This document shows, piece by piece, positions 25,995 to 39,582 of a stretch of DNA of 64,000 nucleotides. The position numbers and the translations under genes were made by a program. This stretch comes from Trichosphaerium sp. ATCC 40318 (Eukaryota; Protista; Tubulinea): contig JALMLS010000140.1 in NCBI GenBank assembly GCA_038496445.1, forward strand, positions 1 to 64,000, written 5' to 3'. Each line of letters opens with the position of its first letter. The stretch's first letter is position 1. Under the pieces are notes generated by a model. The model was not told the DNA's origin. It was given only the letters and a program-made list of their open reading frames with translations, and ran no database searches.

Positions 25995-26636
25995 GATTTT
26001 ATATTTAACGCAGTAAAAGTGGCGCTTTATATCAAGATAGTTAATTTGTGTTTACCTAAAGTGGCTGTTTAAGTGAAAATCAGGGTCTTTGTTTGCTTTA
26101 CCTTTTCTGATATGGCGTCACTTTTGGTCTATTGAAGTGATCCAAGGTTGTCAAGTCGTGGCCGAAGAGTTGTCACAAAAGGCATACTAATGAGATTCTT
26201 TTATCGCGTGTATATAGTTCACTGAACCGAAGACTGCCGCTTGTAATATTGTTGTAGACTAGTTGCAATTATTACAGATGAACTTTATAGATGGTTGTGT
26301 TTGTTTCAGAGACGAAGTTCAATACAGCAGTTAGCTTTCTGTGTATCTGATTGCACAAAAGTCTTGGTAGTTCAGGGTTTTTAAGAACAGCTTCTGACAT
26401 TTATGTCAATTACCCAACTGAAGAACTCACGTTTATTGCTGGAGAGGATGTTGCTACTTGGATATTGAGTGGTTACTTTGATTTAGGACAGTTTACACTA
26501 CACATGCTGTACGAACAGACTGGACGGACAGTGAGGAAAACAAGAATTAAATAGGAATTTGGTAGAAGAATTATACATTTTTTCATCACTTTACTTTTAA
26601 TCACGTAGCTGCTCCAATTTGCTTCTGATAGTCTAT

Positions 26637-27174
26637 TTATCCCCACATATACTTGGATACAACTCTCCAAGTCCATAACCCCAGTGCTATCCATACTAAA
26701 ACGACAACGCAAGCAGCAATCCAATTTTTAGGTTTTTTCTTCTTCCCTTCATCCTCAACTCTTTTCTTGCACTCATTCATCACTGAAAAAAACCAATTAA
26801 CGTTTTTCTTTAGTCTAATCTTTGACACTTTACGTACCTTCCTAGATGGGTGTTATAACGCGTTTAGACGTAAAATTAACGTACTTCTGGTATTAGTTTA
26901 ACAAGAAGCCATAAACCTAACGGAACAAGTATTATATCATCTAGGAATCCCAGTACTGGTATAAACTACAGTTTTGAATAAATGTAACAATTAAACGTTA
27001 ACTGTTAATTAAACGTACATCAGGTATCAAGTCTATTGGGCTTAGCGCGTAAGCTAGTATAAACAAAGCAAGAATTTTGGCAATAAATGGAGTTTTTTCG
27101 TGTTTACTGGCATAATAAACAATCATTGTTTGTTTCTTTAGCGCTTTGGCCCATTTTCTGATACTTTGGATCAT
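26637..27174 (-). CDS. YkvA/DUF1232 family membrane protein, 128 aa, 4 exons including a 4-nt microexon
   Basis: Exons 27174-27019, 26965-26885, 26841-26838 and 26782-26637 give [46 protein letters not shown], the DUF1232 signature. Confidence 0.92.
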
Positions 27175-27275
27175 GCCGTTTGATAAACACTTTTCTGATT
27201 TTGAACACCAAGGACTATTTCCAGAAATTGCTCAACTATACGCACAGTCCACCAACCGCTTATTCTTGACACGTG

Positions 27276-30200
27276 ATGGCGTCAGGTACAGTTTTAACGA
27301 AATGGCGCGAAAAGTATTTTAAAACACCCAAAAACCATCATTTTGACATTGAATGAGTACTTTAGAAGCGTATTCATCGCGTACTTACCGTTATAATAAG
27401 TATTGGCGTAAATTCGACCAAAACAAACTGTAGTCATTTTCTATACTCTCTTACGCTCTAATAACACTCAAAAAGGCGAACCAGGGTGTTCTCAACCACT
27501 GGGAAAATGGCTTATAGGCGCAACTTATGAGGGCTACCTAAAAACGGCAGTTGAGCACTATTATGTGCTCACTGATAAGCTTTACGAGTTTGAAACGAAA
27601 CCATTAGCTAATAACGTTGATTCACTATTTGTAAGTTTTGGGAAAAAAAACCAAGCTGAACGCTTATACTTGTAGGTCTTGCCTTTCGCTGTTGTGGATC
27701 TTACAGATGCTTATCTTGTAACTCGCACTGATAGTGATAACTCGCTTCAATTTGGTATTAAAGGAGAACATATTAAGGATGTAAGTAACACGTGATATAC
27801 TCCTTTTTTTTTTTTCTTCCTTTTTTCATTAATTATGGTGTAGATGATTGTGCTTGAGGCACATTCTGCGGACGAAAAAGATAAATGGATTGCTGCATTG
27901 CTTGCAGCAGCTTTCAGGTATGGTGATACGTATGCTTCCTAATTTTAACATAATTGTAGCCAAAGCAAAGGATGTATAACAGCTTTAAGAGCTCTTTCAA
28001 AGACACTTGATGCAAAGTTTTTTGTACGTACAAATATGCAAAAATATGTACTCTATTCTTACATGTCTCTAAGGAACCGACATTTATAGAAGCGTTTGTT
28101 GAGCGCAGTGGATTAAATTATATCATTGAAATTTTGTTGCACATCACAGACACCGAAGTTGTGAGTGGTCTCGTTGAGGCTGGTGCTCAACTAACACAAA
28201 AACCTGAAGCAATAGAGTGTTTATTATACACACAAAGAAGTATAGATACAATGTATAATCTGTTACTCTCGCGAGGTAAGAATCAAGTCCGGACTGGAAC
28301 ATAATGTTGTTTGTTTGTTACTCACATATTGTTTGTAGACCCTGCTGTTGTTGGCTTCGTACTTGAAGCATTGTTCATTGTCTGTATGCATAATTCAACA
28401 GCTTATAATAGACTTAAGCGTGCATCTAATGCGCATTGCTCCAAAACGTCATTGAGACATGAAACACGTGCGTGTAGAATATTTCCAACGTTCAACTGAC
28501 TTTTGATTTTTTTTAATTAGCACCTTTTTACTATGTGCTTTTGCTTCTCGACACTGGTGGCTCTAAGTGTCAGTTAAATGCTTTGACACTACTCAATATT
28601 TTATTGAATTTATGTCCATCTATGGACGAGACATCAATACTCCTTTCAAGATGGATATCTAATGGTATTTGTGATAAGTTACAAAAGCTTGCTCAGACTG
28701 GGAACGAAATTTTCTTGCCTCAATTACGAATGTTTGAGGTACGTTCCTTTTCCTTTGTTTTGTCTTTAACCTTTCAACAATTTAATACTTACTTGTATAT
28801 GTAAGGTAACAAGTCATATGCCTATCATCAATTCACAAGCTACTGCGTTTATGAAGATTCCTACAAAGAGTAGAAGACGGAGAAGGAGAATAGAAAAAAA
28901 GAAACCTTTAATTGTGCAACAAGAAGTTAAATCATCACCAGCTCGACCTTTACGTTCTCGGATACCTTTACCTCTGGCTAATGTTTCAAATACACCAAAC
29001 AAGAGTGTGCGCAGTAGGAAGAAGCGTAAGTCTATATCGTACAAACCACCAAGGACGCCAATGAGACCACCTGCCACTTTAAAAAGTAGGACCGTGGTGA
29101 AGAGCAGTAGAACAACTCGTAAATATATTAACCCACTCACACCATTCAAAACACCAACAACAAGAGCTCAGAGACCTAAGAATGATGTGGGTACAAGAGT
29201 GAAGAAGTGCACAAGGCAAAAAGATCCTGTTACTGTGCCATGTGAAGTAGATGAAAACGATGATGATATGTTCTCCGTTGGTAACCTCAATGCTATACTT
29301 GCTATGGATGACTTAGATGACGATCCATTTCGCAAAACAAAAAGAAACTTTGTAACAGTTAGGCGTGGATGTAGAGGAGGCAATATTGGTGTTGATGTTG
29401 AGCATATTTCATCAGCGTTAGCAGTAATACGTAAGTATTCTTCCTTGGTTTTTATTAACAATCTTTTAGCACCAAAACCTAAAGAGACTTTACCTCCAGC
29501 ACCACCACCTCTTACACCGCCACCTCTTACACCGCCACCTCTTACACCGCCACCACCTCCTCCACCACTTCCAGGGACTATAAAAAGAATGTCTATTGGG
29601 TTAGGATCTCATAAGAGGCAAATACCTACAAGAAAAATGAAGCCTTTGCATTGGAAGAAATTGAAGATTGCCAAAGATGATGAAAAGTACGCTTTGGTTA
29701 TCTTGTTTTGCTTAAGATTTGATGTATAATTTTAGTACTATTTGGAATGATCTTGATACACCCCTTGTTGATGTTTGTCTGTTTGAAGTTTTATTTGGAC
29801 AAAGCAAGAAGAAGAAAAAGCAACCCAAAGCGGACACAAAAAAAAGTACATCGGAGAATGAAATTAGTTTATTGACCTTCTACTGTAGCTAATCTAATGG
29901 ACACTGTATTGGATCACAAGAGACATCGTTCGGTAAGTCTCAATCATTTATAGCGTGCCTAAACAATGTACAGGTCAGTATACTACTGCATAAAATGCCA
30001 AAGTTCCGAATTCTCCTTAAAGCATTTATGACATTTGATGATAAACTTATTGACAGTTCTTTGCTGGCTACTTTGGCTTCTTCAGTAAGTTATAAATTAA
30101 TACATAGATAATTAACTAATAGTAAAAAAGCTTCCTACAGCTTCAGAACTTGAAGCAATCTCACAACTCAACCCTGATCAGAACATGGACGAAGCGGACA

Positions 30201-31164
30201 GGTTAAAGAAATAGTTTTTTTTTTTGTTTACTTATGTTTTTGTTTAGGTTCCTATTAGATCTATCTCGTATTCCGAGACTTAAAGAGCGCTTAAACTGTT
30301 GGTTGTATAAGATTAATTTCAATACAGACTTTCAGCGTGCTCTTACAACATGTTTAGATATAATAAGAGCATGTGAGGTAAAGAATCCTCATTGGTGTTT
30401 TTCATATTCGTAGCTTACCCTTTGTAGGAAATCAAACATTGCTACTCCCTACAAGTTATTCTGGCCAATATAAGAAGTTATGGTAACTACCTTAATACAG
30501 GCAATAAGCGTGGGAATGCTGCTGGGTTTGATTTGGACACATTAACTCGTATTGGTTTTATTAAAGATAACTCAAGCAAAGGTATTGATAGAAATTGTGT
30601 TTTGTTAAAATACTTACAATGCCAGGATCCCTACTGGACTTTGTAGTATCTCGTGTTAGAATTGACGAACCTTTGGCTATGGATGAGCTAGATGAACTAA
30701 CACATATAAAAAAAGCCCTCGGTTATTGTCTTGTAGAGCTAAAAAGTAGTGTTTCTCTCTTTGCCAAGGCTGCATCTAGTATCCACCATTATCTTTTATA
30801 ATTTTATCTGTATTGATCATTTATTTCTTTGACTATTGTAGCTGTAACAAAAGAGGTTGAGATCTTTGAGTCTGAAAGCGAAGATGATAAATTCAAAGAA
30901 GTAATTGGAAAATATGTTGAAGAATGTGCGTGTTTTTGTTGTTCTTGTCCGACCACTAATGTTTCTTGTAAAGCTCAAACATTGGTCGATTACATTAAAA
31001 CAAAACACAAAGAAGCAGTGGACACATTTAGAGAACTGTTGGGGTGGTTTGGTTACTCAAAGACGCAAATTGAAGCTACTGAAATTGCTTCTTTTTTTGG
31101 TATATTTGATACTTTCATAAAGCAATTTAAGACATCTTGGAAACGCCATGAAGTGCGTTCCTGA
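27276..31164 (+). CDS. Formin with N-terminal PH domain, helical GBD/FH3-like region, FH1 and FH2; multi-exon (start 27276 or 27353)
   Basis: PH C-terminal helix LEAHSADEKDKWIAAL; polyproline FH1; FH2 motifs MKPLHWKK, IPRLKERL and YGNYLNTGNKRGNAAGFDL. Confidence 0.9.
29504..29560 (+). repeat. 15-bp coding tandem repeat (ccacctcttacaccg x3) in FH1
   Basis: Encodes the PPPLT repeats. Confidence 0.9.
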
Positions 31165-31479
31165 TGATGTTTGAGGAAAACCTTGTCTCTTTAAAGACAA
31201 TCCACCTAGTATTTTTAGTGTATGGTGTGTACAAACCTCCACCAAAAGAAGAATAAGTAAATAAACCTATTCAGAAAAAAATGAGAACCAGATTTAGCAT
31301 TATTTTGACTAATAATTCGACTTTGTAATTTATTGATATTATAGTGCAAACAAGTAACGCCACAGACTTGTGACATCTTTAGCTGTGAGAAGTGTTCAAG
31401 GCAGAAAATGGTTGAACAGTTTTGTTTGTTAAGCCACTTACCGTTACTACCAACTTATCGGTTAAAGTACCTTGTTGAC

Positions 31480-33902
31480 ATGTACAAACGACACAACAGT
31501 ACGTTAATTAATTATTGCATCTGTTAAAGTGTTTATGTAGGTATTTACACGAATTTCTTTCAAACGCTATCAATACCTTGTGTAAATGCGATTCTATCAC
31601 TTTTACCACCTAAAGACCTTATATGCTTTTCTTCGCTTTCAATAAAATGCAAACAACACGTTGATGTCAATTTCGGGTGGCAAGAGTACTTAAAAAACCA
31701 AGTAGAAGATCTAAAGCGACTTTCACATCAAAATAAGGTTCCTCTCCCTTTTGTACCAAAACATGTCCATAACAAGCGCGACCTTGCTGTATATATGCAC
31801 GCTAAGCAGTACTTACAATATCAAAGTGAAGCAACCAATAGTTTGAACGAAACACTTGCTGCTATCGACTTATTTTCGAACTGTTCGAATACATCTGACC
31901 GGTGGATACTCTTGGGACTAAACCAACTTGCAACTGAAGCAAAGATATCTAACATAGTCCCTGGATTCCTTGAGTTTGCACGTGATATTACTATAGCATT
32001 GTTATCTATGTACTTTCTCTATAGACACTTCTGTACAGTGCACTGACTTACTTAGGATGCTGCTCAATGCATTGGAACATCAACAATCAACAGATAAACA
32101 GAACTTAGTTGTTCAAGGATCATCTGTGGAGCATGGATACACTCGACTTTGTCAACAATATCCATCACAGTATCCGTTAGTAGATTTATCAGGATGGGAA
32201 CCTTCCAATGGTAGTTTGGAAAGTGCAATAACAAGATTGAGTATCCTCAAAGCCAAGGACATTAATCTTGATGAATACAATTCACTTGCGAAATCTTACA
32301 TTGTATGTGAAATGCAGTATTTCACCTTTGTTTACAAAGTTTAGGATTACGGAGTCAATCTTCCCAAAGGATTTCACTTGTTAGCACTTCTATCAGATGT
32401 TGATGATTTGGGTTACAGCATCTCATTGAGTGCATTGAAACGTGTCAACACTCTCATGTGTAATGTGATTCTGAATATATTCAAACTGGCTGTTTCTGTT
32501 GCTGAGAGTAGTGGATCGAAGCAAGTGAGCAAAGGTAATCTTGAATTTGTTTGGGTTGTGATGCAAGGACACAAACGAGGCAATCCTCGAAATACCATTG
32601 TTAAATTCCAACCAACGGTTGATCAACAAATGGAAAGACTCGTGTACTTGTACCTTTTGTTTCCCTTACTCTGACACTTTTTTAGATCCAATGAGATTGA
32701 TGTTGAAGAGAAGTACTTGGAGGGTGTTGACATATCTTTGTGTGACATTATAATCATCATATTCTCTCATGTGACACCTATAGCCAAAGTGCAAGCTGCA
32801 AAATATGCACTAGGCAGTAATTGCAAGTAAGTGAATTTATCAAAATCCATTAAACTTACGCTTTAATATCAGGTACTTGAAGAACCAATTCACAAGATTC
32901 AGCAATGAACAAAACATCTATCAACTTGTTTTATTGGAAGGTGAAACACTTGAGTCTCTTCTCATGGTCCTTGAGTACCTCTCAACATCTTCTCTTGACA
33001 AAATCAAAGCTCTTACATGTGTTGAGACAATAAGTAGTGTACTTATTCGCTTGGGTCATGTACAGAACTAGTAACGAAATCGTTTACTTATCTATTTATA
33101 GTTTGTAAAAGAGGACGCTCAGGAACAAGTTGTTCTTGGTTGTAAAGTGGATTCTTTAAACTCTATTTCAATTTGCCAATATCTACTACCATCTGTTGTA
33201 GAGCGTACACCAATTATTGATTTTATTATAAAGAAGCTACACTATTTAAAGAATTTAATATCAGTGGCTGATGGTCCAGTATCTCTTCCTCGTAATGTAT
33301 TTAATATAGTTGAGGCACAACCAAAAAGAATTGATCTGAAACCATGTGACTTATGGCTCATTGCACGTATGTATTTTCGCACTTGTAGGGCTTTGGTTAC
33401 AACTAACCTGTATTTGCTTTTATAGATGCTTCATCTCTACCTGATTTAGGACGTAAATATGCATCACAACTGCCAAGATACTTTGCACAGTACTTGTTGA
33501 CATGTTACAAACCTGAAGATTTGTACTGGCATGAAAGATGGGGTCCATTTGTATCCATCGAGACTTTACGTTCTGAATCTAGGTTACATGCTGAAGCATG
33601 CAAAGCTGGCTTTGAGGCGTCAACTAGACAATACCATATTGAAGAAAAATGTGGTGAAGTGTACCTTGAAGGCTTCATATTGTACGCCTTTGTCTAGGCT
33701 AAACTAGTACTTTTTTTAACACATGCGCAGAAGATACAAGCTTGAAGGCAATGACTCTTTTTTGACATACAGTGAAGACTTAGCCTCAAGGAATGTGTTA
33801 TTCAACATTTTATACAGCTTTGATGGTTGTAACTACGTGAGTTTGGAATCAGGAAAAAAGACATCACAACGTTATTATACAACATTGTACATAAAACCGT
33901 AA
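31480..33902 (+). CDS. F-box / H4-like + H3-like histone-fold doublet / BTB / variable C-terminal domain protein, copy A (apparently intact)
   Basis: Spliced by hand. F-box: FFQTLSIPCVNAILSLLPPKDLICFSSLSIKCK. Fold 1: GLNQLATEAKISNIVPGFLEFARDITIALLSMMLLNA. Fold 2: LPKGFHLL..YSISLSALKRVNTLMCNVILNIFKLAVSVAESSGSKQVSKGNLEFV. BTB: CDIII..VQAAKYALGSNCKYLKNQF..LVLLEGETLESLLMVLEYLST. Confidence 0.8.
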
Positions 33903-34508
33903 GTCCGAGCATTTTTCGCAATACTCAAACAATGTAGTGTTGCAATCAACGTCATAAAGCAAGAAATATGATTGTAGTTCGGCTGGTTGCCCCAAACTTG
34001 GAGTTACTGCCAAACTTGCAACGATTACTACCTATTTTAAATACAAACTCTATAGTAATGACAGTATAAATAAGTATTTTACTGGCGTTTGATAAGTGAG
34101 AGGTAGTTGTTTAAGTGCGGTAGTATCGTAAAACAACATCAGCAGGTAGCAGTTCTATACAATGCCAGACTACGGTTCAAAAAGTTTTTGTGTTGAGTGA
34201 ATGCTTCAATTGATTTATGTAATTTGTTGTACAAGAGATAACTCCAATTTAATAAATGGGTACGTGATCCAAGGGGATCGAAGCAGAGTGATACGTATTC
34301 TCTCCTCCAATCTGGTATTGTAGATCAACAAAAACACGTGAATCTAACAGTTTATAATAACCTACCCAAATTTTGTTCTCTAGTTAAATATGTTCACGTG
34401 CTTCTATCGTGCGGAAGATAAGTCATTACAGCGCATTAGGGATGGCGGCGATGTACCAAGCTAGATTCCAAAAGTCTTCGTGATTCAAAATTTCTACTGT
34501 TGAGCACA

Positions 34509-36041
34509 ATGGAGTCTGAGCCTATCGAAGAGATACAACCAAAAGGAGAGATGAAAGTGGTAGTGGTGACAGGCGCTACTGGCTTTATAGGAGGTCATAT
34601 TGTTAAAAAACTTTTGGAAAAAGGCTATTCCGTTCGTGGAACAGTTAGAAACCCTGACAATAAGGAAAAAACTCAATTTCTATTGGATATAGCTTCAAAA
34701 GCCAAAGGAGATTTTAAGCTTTACAGTACACGCGGTTTAAAGTAATACAACACGTTTTAATGCATATTTAGAGGCAAACTTGTTAGACGAAGGTTCATTT
34801 GAAGAAGCAGTTACAGGTGCCGATGCCGTTATTCATACAGCTTCCCCTGTTATAAATACTGCGCCTAACCCAGAAGAAACAATTGTAAACCCTGCGTACG
34901 ACTCTGAAGATGTCCTTTTTTTCGTTTTTTTTTCTAATATGTACTAATTTGTATTTAGAATCAAGGGTACGTTAGCTGTTTTGAAAGCTTGTAAGAAAAG
35001 CGGAACGGTCAAAAAGGTAAAATAATGTACCTGTTTTGGTGTCAGCACGTGAAAAAACGAACCGTTATTTTACTGGTTTCTTTTGTATTTGTCGTGTATG
35101 TGATTGTCGCAGCATTAACCCTCTTGCGTAGGTTGTCATGACATCGTCCGTTGCAGCTATAGCAAACACTACCAAGGCACCTCATGGCACGCCTGCAACA
35201 TTTACAGAAGAGGACTGGAACACAACATCAGAGATTTCGAGTGAAGTTCGTTTTTTTGGCAATACAATTTTTTGAACTAATTTTTGTTTCACTTAGCCAT
35301 ACCCAGTCAGCAAATCACGTGCGGAAAAAGCAGCTTGGGATTTCGTTAAAGACGAAGAGGGTCTGTCTCTTGTAACTATATGCCCTGCGCTTGTTATGGG
35401 ACCCGTGCTCTCAAAAAACCCTGTTTGCGAAAGTATTGGTATTTTACTTTCGTACGTATTTGCTAAAACTTGGAATTTTTTGTCTCTGTCTTATCTAAAG
35501 TCTGTTGGTTTTAAATTTTTCCAAGGTTGGTAAAGGGCTCCTTTCCAAGAGCTCCAGATCTACATTTTTGTCTGGTTGATGTAAGAGATGTTGCCGATGC
35601 ACATATAGCTGCTATGGAGAGTGAGAAAGCTAATGGTATCGCTGCTTAAACGAATTACTTTATTAATCACGTGTACAGGTCAAAGATACATATGCACTCG
35701 AAAGCAGCTGTTCTCACTATTGGACGCATCTCTGCTAGTTCATAAAAACTTTGCAACGCTTCCAGTACCATTAAAACCTATGCCTAACTTTGTTATGTAT
35801 CTTGTCGCCCTTGTAGACTCAAGGGTAACATGGAGCTGGCTAAGAAAAAGGCTAGGAGCGAAATACATATTCGATAATGCCAAAATCATTGAGTATGCTT
35901 TATTTTTATATTTCTCTATTGTACTTGACCAACATGGTTTATTTTAGGGAGCTTGGTATAAAATTCCGCGATGCTGAGAGTTCGCTGGTTGATACTGTTA
36001 ATGCACTTGCTGAGCAAGGGCATATTGATAAAATTCAATAA
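34509..36041 (+). CDS. NAD(P)-dependent extended SDR (dihydroflavonol/aldehyde reductase-like); multi-exon
   Basis: [42 protein letters not shown] (YxxxK), [10 protein letters not shown]. Confidence 0.93.
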
Positions 36042-36463
36042 AAATCACGAAAGTTTTAAGAATGGTGTTAAACCGCGTTAGTTGAGACATAACTGACTTC
36101 AGTTCACATATGACAGTTGTGAAGTGAAGCTTTTGAGGAAAAATCACGTGTTTTAAGATTAAAAGGGTCTTTTAGGTATTATGTTAACCTAACTTTTAAG
36201 GCCACTTAGTGAGTCGAGTTGTAATGAGTTGCTAGAAGGTTTCAACTGTACACGATAAAAAAATCTCATTAGCAGATCACTAATCGTGCCTTTTGTGCCA
36301 ACGCTTCAGCCATGATGTGACAACCTGGATCACTTCTGTGAACCTAATAGTGACGTCATATCAGATACAAACAAGACAGCAAAACAAAGACCCTACTTTT
36401 CACTTAAAAGCTAAAGTCCCAAGTTACCCTGACATTAAGCCCATACCATACTACAAGGAAACC

Positions 36464-38380
36464 ATGCTTTGCGCAGCATCAGGAGCTAAAGGGGTCGTAA
36501 GCTTTACTACAAACATTGACAGAGGCCATTTACCTCCTGCGAGTAGCATAGCATACGAAGGGCTATATTATAACCATTATTTCAATGTTGGCGCTCAAGA
36601 AAAGGAAAAACCGTTTTCTCCTCGTTTTTTCAGCGCTATCACCAAGGATCCTATCAATGGTGCGTGTACAAACATATTTATGGTACTTTGTAACATTGCT
36701 CAACAGGTGAAACCGAAAAGTTTGTTTGTGTTGGACTGACTGGAAACTTGGATGGTCCTGGTCTCTACGAGAACAAAGGACGTTGGCCTCTTGATGTTGT
36801 GGTCGTTATGGACATTAGTGGCTCCATGGGAAATATCTTCGGACCAAATTCAAAACGCAAGACAATAGTACGTCATACTTTAAGCCCAAGGCAGAACGAC
36901 TGTACCGTGAACTAATCCCTTTTTTTTCTTGTTTTCTAATGTTCCGCTAATGTCCCTTCCGTTTAGATGCAAGTAGCAAATGAAAGTGTTGTTTCAATGT
37001 TGGATAACCTACGTGATGATGACTCTTTTGGGATGGTGTTGTTCGATACAAATGCATCTACTTTACAAGAACTAAAAAGATGGAGCGATATTGACAAACA
37101 AAATCTATCCAAAAAGATATTGGATGTTAAAGAGCGAGGAGGCACAACACTATCCAAAGGTAAGACTACATTCCTAGAACAACGTTTGTTCTTGGCTTTG
37201 AGCTTAAATAGTTAATAGGGTTCGAGGCGGGCTACAAGATGCTTCAAGGATCAAAACAAGAGAAACGTAGAGAAAGAAGATTGTTTTTCTTCACAGATAT
37301 GTTGATATCGAAGGTACGTTAATTTTTGTTCTGATCTTAGCGTTTCTAGCTTCCTATTTTGTTTTTACAGATCTTTAGTATGAGTTTGATGCGGGGTTAA
37401 AATCTCAATTCCAAAAAGCAGCAGCAGAAGGGATTTACTCATCTTTTGTTGGCATGGGAATAGATTTCGATACTGATGCTGTTGAATGTATCTCATCAGT
37501 AAAAGGGTGTAACTACTTCTCCGTCAACACTCCAAAGGAGTTTTCAAAGTTAATGAAAGATGAGTTCGATTACATCACTACAATTGATGTCTTTGATGCG
37601 CAAATTAAATTGAGCAGCAATGTTGTTACTCCTGAATATGTTTACGGTTCTCCAGGTAATTGTTGTTTATCTCATTACTTTCTTGTATGCTTAATCACGT
37701 GATAGGCAATGAAGTTCCAAAAGATGGTGTACTCTGTAAAATCACAAGTTCAAGCCCTAGTTTGCTTGATCACGGTAGAACCAAAGGAGGTGTTATTGTT
37801 GTCAAGGTTTCATCAAAGTCGAAAGAAGCCAACATCTTTTCAGTTGAGTATGTTTCAGTTTTACTTGCTTCACGGATTTTATGTTATATTTTTTACCTCT
37901 GACTATTCCAAAGTACCTCGTACACAAGCAGGGAAGGTGAGAAATATCAGTTTTCAAATCAGGTTGAATTTCCTAAACCTACAGTAAGTTGTTTTCGTTT
38001 TACCAAATCATATTCATGTTTGGCTTATTGTTGCTTTGCTAGGATACTGATTATTTTGAAAATGCATGTATACGCAAGGCAGTATTGTTAACACGTTATG
38101 TTCGTTTTCTAAAGAGCTACTTAAATGCTGAAGGTCCGTTTGTTGTTGTTAACTTACGTAAACTTAACTGAATCTTTTAGATAAAAAAGGGTGGAACCAA
38201 AAATTTGATGTTTTTAAAAAGTATCTTGAAACTGAGGTACGACAAACTGTAGTTTCAAAAAACAAACAAATACTCAAACTTTTAAAATTATAGATTGATG
38301 TACTGGAAGAAGATGAAGAGGCTCTCACAAAGGAGTTAGAAAACTTTGATAAAATTCATAAGCTTGCAATGAAACAATAA
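36464..38380 (+). CDS. vWA-domain protein, copy 2 (inverted duplicate of 24143-25994)
   Basis: Near-identical exons and most introns to copy 1; MIDAS DISGSM intact. Confidence 0.88.
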
Positions 38381-39582
38381 GATTAAATTACTAATTGTTT
38401 TGTAAACCTTCACACATGACTCACAACTTCAAACTGCTTTTTTCTTCACAGTAGAAAACTGAAGTTTCTGGTGCGCCACTACAAAGCGCCTATCCTTAAA
38501 GCTTTCACTTCCAAAGTTGTTTAGAGCCGGGTTATGTTAAGCTCCGCTTTTAAAACAAAATTATTTGCACTCTTGAAAACGTTTTTATTGTTTGAAGCTT
38601 ATTGGCTTTTTGTTTTAATCGGCGCTTTTGTACACCCACACTCCCTTTGCGCGTAATTAACGGCGTCCAGAGTATTGTTGCTCGATTTTAGAGAGCAAAC
38701 CGCTTTTTCAGCCATTACCTGCTGTACAATGTATATAACTTCTGGTACCATCTAAGTGGAGCTTGTTATACGTATAGAGAGACTGAAGCATCATGAGCAA
38801 GTGCTCAAGGAGCATATGCTGATACTTTCCTGAAAAGGCAACAGTTCTTACTTTTTTAGTAAATAATTTTTTTCACGCTTACAACATAATTTTACGCTTT
38901 CACACTCCGTATCCACAAACGTACGTTTTAAAGCCGATAAGCATTATGGAATGCTTACGTAATCTTCCTTTAGCTTACACCTCAATAATGTCAAAAAGAG
39001 ATGAAAAGCTGAAGCTCAACAGTATCACCTCTAAGTGCAATCCATTATGTATTTGCCATAACGGATTTTATATAATCTTTTTAGCGAGTTTCCTGCCTTA
39101 TTTAAGCTACAAACGCTGAAAAAATCTGGCATATGGACTAAGCACAGAAAACTCGCTACGTTGTTAGTTCGCTTTCTCAGATGAAGCTACTAAATTGGGA
39201 TATCCCACTTTGTACTGCGTAACTAATAGAACACTTGCTATATTACAATAGTGTGTACCTTGTGACCTAGGAGCAACGCAAATAAAGCGAATTGAATTGG
39301 TGTACAGGAATTGTTCGAAAGATGTGAAATGTGGCACAACTAATGCGACTAAATGGCTCTGTTCGCTTTTGGTTGGCCTGTTGGATCGCTCGGCATAATA
39401 ACCCGACATTCGCTGACAAAAAGGATTGGACTAAGATTAAATAGGAGTACCCTATGCGCGTAGTAGTATAAAGCATCTAACATAATATCGCGGTATGTCC
39501 GGGTTAAGGAGAATTGTGATGTGATATCCCAAAAAGGTGTTGTTACGGAGGTACGATTATTTCATAATTATCAACAATCAAC

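Noticed and set aside
26225-26554. Short plus-strand ORF between the vWA copy and YkvA
   Set aside because: Upstream stops and no identifiable family; at most a gene remnant.
31900-32570. Calling the doublet a true nucleosomal histone
   Set aside because: It lacks basic tails and the DNA-contacting Arg/Lys loops and is embedded in a multidomain protein; H3 versus H2B identity of fold 2 cannot be settled by eye.
38640-39480. Minus-strand exon-like segments
   Set aside because: Splice-like sites are present, but frames contain stops and no product can be assigned.
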